Positions 25,755 through 32,000 of a stretch of DNA of 32,000 nt are shown here, piece by piece; the stretch's first letter is position 1, and each line of letters opens with the position of its first letter. The notes below the pieces were generated by a model, which was not told the origin of the DNA, searched no databases, and saw only the letters and a program-made list of their open reading frames with translations. The position numbers and the translations under genes were made by a program. The stretch comes from an uncultured Nitrosopumilaceae archaeon (lineage in GTDB: Archaea > Thermoproteota > Nitrososphaeria > Nitrososphaerales > Nitrosopumilaceae): contig CAYYXT010000005.1 of the NCBI GenBank assembly GCA_964475825.1, positions 43,529 to 75,528 of the forward strand, in the 5' to 3' direction.

Positions 25755-26033
25755 TTATTGTATTTTAACACCATTCCAAAATGCAACCATTCCTTTGATT
25801 TTTTTGGCAGCATCATTTGGTTCAGCATAATACCATGCACAGTCTTTATTGGTTTTTCCATTAATGATTACAGAGTAATAGTTTGCCATTCCTTTCCAAC
25901 CACAAAATGATACAAGATCAGTTTTTTGAAAGTATTCTTCTTTGATAGAATCAACTGGAAAATAATGATTTCCTTCAACTATCACAGTATCGTTGCTTTC
26001 GGCAATTACCGTATCATTCCAAACTGCTTTCAT
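25755..26033 (-). CDS. DUF427 domain protein
   Basis: VWNDTVIAESNDTVIVEGNHYFP, CGWKGMANYY, CAWYY and VAFWNGV match the DUF427 pattern. Confidence 0.8.
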   Translation of the reverse strand: MKAVWNDTVIAESNDTVIVEGNHYFPVDSIKEEYFQKTDLVSFCGWKGMANYYSVIINGKTNKDCAWYYAEPNDAAKKIKGMVAFWNGVKIQ

Positions 26034-26066
26034 AATCAGAATATCAAAAAAACAACATTTGAAGAA

Positions 26067-26321
26067 TCAGCGTTTATCCTGTTCAGGAATTACAGATAAT
26101 GTAGTTGTAGAAATTACATTTTTTATTTTTCTAATCTGTTTTGTAATTGCATCTTCTACTTCTTTTGAGGTCTTTGCCTCAACTTTTACAAAAATATCAT
26201 ATACCCCAAATGTTCCCTTGGCTTCTTTTACAGCATCGATTTTTAAAAGGTCACTCATTACTTCCATTTCATGGGCCATTTCACTTCTGACTAAAACATA
26301 TGCAGTTTCTATCTTACTCAC
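26067..26321 (-). CDS. Stand-alone Lrp/AsnC ligand-binding (RAM) domain protein (demi-FFRP type), 84 aa
   Basis: The AYVLV, V, L, V, E, G, YD, V, V pattern is typical of the AsnC_trans_reg domain, and there is no HTH. The GTG start overlaps the purF stop by 8 nt. Confidence 0.7.
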   Translation of the reverse strand: MSKIETAYVLVRSEMAHEMEVMSDLLKIDAVKEAKGTFGVYDIFVKVEAKTSKEVEDAITKQIRKIKNVISTTTLSVIPEQDKR

Positions 26322-27747
26322 CTTTCATCTCTAAACGGGTTTTAAACTCTGGCGTAATTCCCAATGAATCATAATTTCCAGACGAACAAGTAAAACACAT
26401 TGAATCTTTTGGGATCCCTATAGCAGCTGCTAGATTTTCAGCATCATTATAACCCAGAAAGTCAGCCCCAATACTCTTTCTGACCATTTCAGTTAATTCC
26501 TCATCAGTCATATCATTCCTATTTGAGAATGTTGCAAGTTCTTCTTGAGATGGAAAATCAATTCCAGCATAACAGGGAAATTTAATTGGAGGGTATGTGA
26601 TTACCATGCTGATTTTTTTTGCACCTGCTCTTCGTAGTGCTTGGATAATTGCTTTGGAACTAGTACCACGAACTAAACTATCATCAATTACAACAACATG
26701 CTTGTCTTCAATGATTTCTCGGATTGGGATAATCCAACGATTGATTTCAATTCGATCGCTTTGGTGTGGTTCAATAAAGCTACGCAGTGGTCCTTTCTTA
26801 CTGTATCTATCTTTGAGTAGTCCTTCATCAAATGTAAGACCCAATTCTTGAGCATATCCCAGTGCCGCAGGTCTTGCAGAATCAGGAACAGGTATTACAA
26901 GATCTGCATCTTTAATCGGGAATTTTCTTGCCAAGAATTGGCCAATTCTCTTTCTTGAGACGTAAATGTTAGCGCCTTCCATATTACTAGAAGGATGCGC
27001 AAAATAAGTAAATTCAAAAGAGCAATGAGCATGGGACATATCATCAGAGAATCTTTCAGTTTCTAATCCATTTTTACTAAGTTTGATCAATTCACCTGGT
27101 TGAACATCTCTTTGAAGTTTTGCACCTACTGCAGAAACAGCGGATGATTCAGATGCAACAATGTATGTATCATCAGACACTTTGTAACCCAAAACCATAG
27201 GTCTGAATCCTTTAGGATCCCTTGCGGCATACACAGAATTATCATCGGAGATGAATGTAAAACAATAAGAGCCAACCATTTCGTTTTTCAAAATTGCGAG
27301 TGCTTTTCCCATTTGACCCTTTTCAGAAATTAATGACACTAGTCTCTGGGCAGCAACTAAGGTATCACTTGCATTTTGAGGTGTAAATGAGCATCCTCCA
27401 ACTAAATTAGATAGTTCTTGAACATTTGCAATCGTTCCATTATGAGCAATGCAAAGATCTTTGACTTTTAGGGGTTGAGCATTTTCAAGTGTACTTCTTC
27501 CCATAGTAGAATATCGGACATGGCCAATTACTGAGGGAGAAGAATAATCCTCACAGATTTTCTTAAACTCTGAGGAAGCACCAGATACAAGACCTAATCT
27601 TTTTAGTGGCTCTTTGTTGGGAATTGCAATGCCCCATGCTTCTTGTCCTCTATGTTGTAATGCCCTAAGTGCATCAATTGCCATAGGAACAACATTAGTT
27701 CCACTAAGACTAAAAATTCCAACCACACCACAATTTTCTTTAACCAT
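26314..27747 (-). CDS. purF: Amidophosphoribosyltransferase (glutamine PRPP amidotransferase), Fe-S type with a short propeptide
   Basis: N-terminal MVKEN-CGVVGI (Ntn Cys after a 5-aa propeptide) and a PRT motif (VVVIDDSLVRGTS). Cys residues at HCSFE, FPCYAG and CFTC are consistent with a 4Fe-4S cluster. Confidence 0.95.
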   Translation of the reverse strand: MVKENCGVVGIFSLSGTNVVPMAIDALRALQHRGQEAWGIAIPNKEPLKRLGLVSGASSEFKKICEDYSSPSVIGHVRYSTMGRSTLENAQPLKVKDLCIAHNGTIANVQELSNLVGGCSFTPQNASDTLVAAQRLVSLISEKGQMGKALAILKNEMVGSYCFTFISDDNSVYAARDPKGFRPMVLGYKVSDDTYIVASESSAVSAVGAKLQRDVQPGELIKLSKNGLETERFSDDMSHAHCSFEFTYFAHPSSNMEGANIYVSRKRIGQFLARKFPIKDADLVIPVPDSARPAALGYAQELGLTFDEGLLKDRYSKKGPLRSFIEPHQSDRIEINRWIIPIREIIEDKHVVVIDDSLVRGTSSKAIIQALRRAGAKKISMVITYPPIKFPCYAGIDFPSQEELATFSNRNDMTDEELTEMVRKSIGADFLGYNDAENLAAAIGIPKDSMCFTCSSGNYDSLGITPEFKTRLEMKGE

Positions 27748-29905
27748 GCACTACTAACTCCCCTAACGAATTAAACCAAGTTTTTTGTGCCTTATCAACT
27801 CTTAGATCTATGACATGTTTACTTTCTTTATTAAATCGGATATTCTCACCGCCAAATACTCCAATCATTTTGTATGAAGCTTTGCTCTTTTTGAGAAGTT
27901 CCTCAAGTTTTTTGAGGTTTTTCTTTTCTAAAACCAAAAGATACCTAGAATGACTTTCAGAAAACAAGATTCTATCAACATCCAATTTTGGACCCGGTAC
28001 TTTTTCTAATGAGACATCACATCCGATTTGGTGTGTCATGCAGAGTTCTGAAACAGCTACTGCTAGGCCACCTTTAGAGCAGTCATGTACTGTTTTGAGA
28101 AGATCTTTTCTGATCACATCTAGAACTATATTCATGTTAGTTTTAGATTCCTGAAAATTAACAACGGGGCATTTTCCTCCAATAAACTTGTGAATATATT
28201 CAAAGTATTCAGAACCACCCATTTCATTTTTAGTGTCACCAATAATTACAAGGCAATCTCCAGTGGTAATTTTCTGAGAGTAGAGAGGAGTTTTATCAGT
28301 CAAGCCCAAGATTCCAATTATAGGGGTAGGCTTAATCGGACCAGATGGTGTTTCATTGTACAAACTAACCTTTCCGCCAACACATGGAATTTCAAAGTAT
28401 TTTGCAAAGTCAGTAAGTCCTTTTAGGGATTCTAAAAATGTCCAAAAGATTTCAGGATTCTCTGGATTTCCAAATTGTAAATGATCAAGCATTCCAATTG
28501 GTTTTGCTCCAGTACAAACAACATTTCGGCATGCTTCCTCAAAGCATCCTATTGCTCCTTCTCTTGGATTGATATAGCAGTGTTTTGGATTACCGTCTAT
28601 TTTTGCTGCCAAAAATTTACCATTATCAAGTCGAAGAACAGATGCATCTTTACCAGGTTTGACTACGGTTCGAATTCCAACCTCATGATCATATTGTCCA
28701 TACACCCAAATTTTGCTTGCAATGTTTGGTGATGAAATAAACTTCATCATCATTTTTGAATAATCTAAAATTGGTTTGAGTTTCTTTTCTTTTTCTATGT
28801 TTTTTAGGTATGCAGGTTTTTTGGAAGGTCTATCTAAAAGAGGGGCATTTGCAACAACGTCAGTTGGAAGATTAGCGCATGTCTTTTTGCCTTTTTTTAC
28901 ATGCATCATATTATCAGAAGTCACATGACCAATAACAGAACACGTTATACGAAATTTTTTGCAAATTTCCTGTAGTTTTTTGAGTTTGTCATTATTTGTT
29001 ACTATTAGCATTCTTTCCTGGGATTCAGACACCATAATTTCATCAGGATTCATATCAGATTCACGAGTATGGACTTTATTGACATCCATTTCGATTCCAA
29101 TGGATAACGCATCTGCAGTTTCAGATACAGCACAAGACAATCCACCACCGCCAAGATCTTTCATTGCGTGAATAAGATTTTGATTTCGAGCTTCTAGTAT
29201 TGCCTCTATGATTAATTTTTCAATAAAGGGATCTGGAATTTGGACTGCAGATCTATTTTCAGATTCTAAAGAGTCAGAAGCAAACTGTGAGCCCCCAATT
29301 CCATCTCTTCCTGTAAAGCCTCCAAGTAAGACTACAAGATCACCTTTTTTAGCATGATTTTTGATCAGATTCTTTTTCTTTCCAAATCCAATAGCTGCAA
29401 CATCAACTAAGGCATAATTAGAATAGCATTCATCAAATTCAACTTCACCACCAATAGTAGGAATTCCTAAGCAATTTCCATAATCTGCAATTCCAGTAAC
29501 TGCATTTTTGAAAAGCCATCTTGCTTGTAGGTCTTTCTCAATATCTCCAAATCTCAAACCATCAAAAATAGCAATAGGTCTTGTTCCTGCTGAAAGAATA
29601 TCACGAATAACTCCACCAACACCAGTTGCAGCTCCACCATATGGTTCAACAGCTGATGGATGATTGTGACTTTCAATATGAGCAGTTATGACATAACCGT
29701 CACCAACATCTAAAACTCCAGAATCATATCCTTTTTCAGATATAACCAATGGCCCTTTCATGGGCAACATTTTGAGATGTTTCTTTGATGATTTGTACGA
29801 ACAATGTTCAGACCATTCTGCAGCTATAATTTGTAATTCAGTAGATGTAGGTTTTCTTCCGATTTTAGATGTAAGATCAACTAGTTCCTGTGGTTCTAAA
29901 CTCAA
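27740..29905 (-). CDS. purL: Phosphoribosylformylglycinamidine synthase subunit PurL (FGAM synthase II)
   Basis: SEHCSYK, HNHPSAVEPYGGAATGVGG and the duplicated AIR-synthase-like domains. TTG start overlapping the purQ stop. Confidence 0.95.
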   Translation of the reverse strand: MSLEPQELVDLTSKIGRKPTSTELQIIAAEWSEHCSYKSSKKHLKMLPMKGPLVISEKGYDSGVLDVGDGYVITAHIESHNHPSAVEPYGGAATGVGGVIRDILSAGTRPIAIFDGLRFGDIEKDLQARWLFKNAVTGIADYGNCLGIPTIGGEVEFDECYSNYALVDVAAIGFGKKKNLIKNHAKKGDLVVLLGGFTGRDGIGGSQFASDSLESENRSAVQIPDPFIEKLIIEAILEARNQNLIHAMKDLGGGGLSCAVSETADALSIGIEMDVNKVHTRESDMNPDEIMVSESQERMLIVTNNDKLKKLQEICKKFRITCSVIGHVTSDNMMHVKKGKKTCANLPTDVVANAPLLDRPSKKPAYLKNIEKEKKLKPILDYSKMMMKFISSPNIASKIWVYGQYDHEVGIRTVVKPGKDASVLRLDNGKFLAAKIDGNPKHCYINPREGAIGCFEEACRNVVCTGAKPIGMLDHLQFGNPENPEIFWTFLESLKGLTDFAKYFEIPCVGGKVSLYNETPSGPIKPTPIIGILGLTDKTPLYSQKITTGDCLVIIGDTKNEMGGSEYFEYIHKFIGGKCPVVNFQESKTNMNIVLDVIRKDLLKTVHDCSKGGLAVAVSELCMTHQIGCDVSLEKVPGPKLDVDRILFSESHSRYLLVLEKKNLKKLEELLKKSKASYKMIGVFGGENIRFNKESKHVIDLRVDKAQKTWFNSLGELVVHG

Positions 29906-30582
29906 TTTTTAACACCAATTGTATTTAGTAGAGATTCAAAAATCAGAGAAGATGGTTTATTGTCAATTGGATTAATTTCAGATTCAGCTGCTCTTTCTGG
30001 ATGAGGCATCATGCCAACAACATTGCCGTCCTCATTACAAACGCCAGCTATTCTATCTGAAGAGCCATTTACTACTTCACTGTATCTAAATACAATTTGA
30101 TTTTTTTTCTTCAATTTTTTAAGTGTCTCATCATCCACATAATATCTTCCTTCACCATTTGCAATTGGAATTGGAATTTTTTGATATAGTTTTAATTTAT
30201 TTGTAAAAGGAGTCTTGTTATTTTCAACTATCAGATTAGTCCACTTACACATAAAATTAAGTGAAATATTTTTGAGCAATGCGCCAGGTAATAATCCAGC
30301 CTCTACAAGAATTTGAAATCCATTACATACGCCTAAAATAGGAATTCCTTTTTCTGCCATTTTTCGGACATCTTTAATTATTGGGCTATGAGCCGCAATT
30401 GCTCCTGATCTCAATCTGTCACCATAAGAAAACCCACCTGGAAGGATTACGGCATCGATGTTTTTTGGTAGTCCTTTTTCATGCCAAAAATACTCAGCAT
30501 CAAGTTTGAAAACATCAGTCAAGACATGATACATGTCTCGATCACAATTACTACCTGGAAAAACTACTACACCTACCTTCAC
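29902..30582 (-). CDS. purQ: Phosphoribosylformylglycinamidine synthase glutaminase subunit PurQ (FGAM synthase I)
   Basis: VVFPGSNCDRD, GVCNGFQ and MPHPER catalytic-triad motifs. The ORF opens at a TTG at 30597. The GTG at 30582 (VKVGVVVFPG) is the more typical start. Confidence 0.9.
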   Translation of the reverse strand: MKVGVVVFPGSNCDRDMYHVLTDVFKLDAEYFWHEKGLPKNIDAVILPGGFSYGDRLRSGAIAAHSPIIKDVRKMAEKGIPILGVCNGFQILVEAGLLPGALLKNISLNFMCKWTNLIVENNKTPFTNKLKLYQKIPIPIANGEGRYYVDDETLKKLKKKNQIVFRYSEVVNGSSDRIAGVCNEDGNVVGMMPHPERAAESEINPIDNKPSSLIFESLLNTIGVKN

Positions 30583-30761
30583 AATTAGTTTTATCAACAG
30601 AGATATTTAATTTGAATCTAGTCAAAAAATACCAAAATAAAGAATCAACTGATCGCTTTGTCCACAATCACAGGTCAGATGTAATGAATTACAGAGATCT
30701 GTTGTGAATACAGGAAATTGCTCATAAATTGAATAATTTAGAATATAAAATCAAATATCAA

Positions 30762-31022
30762 CTAAGCATCAAATACATCAATTGTAACTTTACTTACCAT
30801 CGGATTGTAAATGCGTAATTCATCGCAGATTTCTTGGACTTTGGTTTTTGCAGATTTTTTATCTTTTTCTTTGATGGTAAATTTTAGCATTTTTGCAGTT
30901 TTGATTTTAGATATTGCAGAATGTGTGCCTTTCAATACAAGATCATTTAGAATTGTTTCACCTTCAGGATCGCTGATTCCAGGTTTGTTTTCAATGGTCA
31001 CATGAACATTAAAAGTAGCCAT
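30762..31022 (-). CDS. purS: Phosphoribosylformylglycinamidine synthase subunit PurS
   Basis: V, KPGISDPEG and the ~85-aa size. ATG at 31022; the ORF track opens one codon earlier at a TTG. Confidence 0.85.
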   Translation of the reverse strand: MATFNVHVTIENKPGISDPEGETILNDLVLKGTHSAISKIKTAKMLKFTIKEKDKKSAKTKVQEICDELRIYNPMVSKVTIDVFDA

Positions 31023-31247
31023 CAATAATTTGCAAAATTAAAAAGAGGTTAATCTATCTTCCTACTAGGTTTGTGCTTTTATACTTAAATTCAGATAAAC
31101 ATCTTATCCAATTCGTGTAACTTATGTCATTGTTTCATGTGCATGTACATAATAGATTAGCAGTAATAATTTTTCAAAACTAGTTTCATCTTTATACAAA
31201 TGATAATTGGCAATATTTTGAACAAAATATTTAAAAAAAATAAAAAA

Positions 31248-32000
31248 CTAGTTGCTTCCGATTAGGAAGACAACATTAGCGCTGGTACTAACATCCTGAT
31301 CTGATGAGAATATCGGTGTTGGTGCAGATGATTTTTCCATTCCACCATAAGCCATGTCATACATTGGTGTTGGATATGGCATTGAAAATTCAGATAGGGA
31401 TATCTCCTTCACTCCAATTATCTTGTAGTTAAGTGGAGATAACGCCATTTCTGCTTTTGACTTTGCATTAAGAATCGCTTTTTCTAAAAGGTCATCCTTG
31501 AGTTTGGAATAAACTTCTGGAGATAGTGAAAAAAATACACTGTCTACTCGGTTGACTCCTGCACTTACTGCACTATCAATGATTGCAGCTACACTGTCAA
31601 GTTTCTCAGTTTTTACATTGATGATATTACTTACTCTATATCCAACAAGTTCTTGGGTATACTTACCAGTTTCTTTTTCCTGATAGTTATCATATACAGG
31701 ATAGATGTTAAACTGGGAGGTACTAATTTCTGAATCAGTAATTCCAACTTGTGTTATAGCGGCTATCACTTTGTTCATCAATTCAGAGTTTGCAGCGAGT
31801 GCGTCTCTAGCAGTTTTTTCTTGAATTTCAACACCAAAACTAATGTTTGCAAGATCTGGGTCTACACTTGAAATTGCATTTCCTGTCACAGATATCACTT
31901 TTTCTCTAGATGGAAAGGGAGTGACCTCTTGTGCATTTGCATTTGGTGCAACCGAAATTGCGCTCATAGTCACAGAGACTACCAGTACAGCAATGATTGC
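31248..32000 (-). CDS. SIMPL/DUF541 domain secreted protein; N-terminus lies beyond the window edge
   Basis: DUF541 pattern (ISVTGNA, D, A, F, V, A, A, N). The reading frame stays open from 31973 to position 32000. It encodes a hydrophobic signal-like AIIAVLVVSVTMSAISVAPNANA. Confidence 0.7.
   Translation of the reverse strand, partial: AIIAVLVVSVTMSAISVAPNANAQEVTPFPSREKVISVTGNAISSVDPDLANISFGVEIQEKTARDALAANSELMNKVIAAITQVGITDSEISTSQFNIYPVYDNYQEKETGKYTQELVGYRVSNIINVKTEKLDSVAAIIDSAVSAGVNRVDSVFFSLSPEVYSKLKDDLLEKAILNAKSKAEMALSPLNYKIIGVKEISLSEFSMPYPTPMYDMAYGGMEKSSAPTPIFSSDQDVSTSANVVFLIGSN

Noticed and set aside
25993-26334. 113-aa plus-strand ORF
   Set aside because: It is antisense to the DUF427 and RAM-domain genes, both of which have clear family signatures.

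Overview
The window is AT-rich archaeal DNA. It is most consistent with a Nitrosopumilus-like ammonia-oxidising thaumarchaeon. The grounds are an archaeal ribosomal operon containing S4e and RNase P Rpp29, a CdvB/ESCRT-III gene, proteasome alpha and roughly one-third GC by eye. This assignment is inferred, not searched.

Gene layout:
- 1-4.3 kb: biotin genes bioA, bioB and bioF, with an 860-bp insert of micro-ORFs between bioB and bioF.
- 4.4-5.2 kb: a decayed histidine-kinase relic convergent with an intact CheY-like receiver.
- 5.5-7.3 kb: a CcdA plus thioredoxin-like pair, equivalent to a split DipZ.
- 7.4-9.1 kb: a CdvB-like ESCRT-III protein, a hypothetical protein and a DUF371 protein.
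- 9.9-11.5 kb: proteasome alpha and a DUF171 SPOUT methyltransferase.
- 11.7-19.4 kb: ribosomal superoperon L3-L4-L23-S19-L22-S3-L29-Rpp29-S17-L14-L24-S4e-L5-S14-S8-L6. L2 is absent and the operon stops after L6.
- 19.4-24.1 kb: an accessory-looking stretch. It holds tRNA-Asn(GTT), small Zn-ribbon and membrane proteins, a roughly 950-bp non-coding gap, an extremely basic Ala/Lys/Arg protein, a PPOX-family protein and an ArsR-type regulator.
- 24.5-31.0 kb, minus strand: purine genes purS, purQ, purL, purF and purC, with a RAM-only protein, a DUF427 protein and a membrane protein between purF and purC.
- Window end: a SIMPL/DUF541 protein, partial.

No clearly novel multi-gene system such as a defence island, CRISPR array or mobile element is visible.

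The observations most worth a second look are:
- A family of 30-bp palindromes found only in intergenic spots around the tRNA.
- A 15/16 direct repeat of the tRNA 5' junction 1.9 kb downstream.
- A structured, internally duplicated non-coding gap.
- The H1-like basic protein.
- A 3 x 20 bp tandem repeat upstream of the ArsR-type regulator.
- The rearranged ribosomal operon.
- The RAM-only gene translationally coupled to purF.

All family assignments come from motif recognition by eye. No database search was run.
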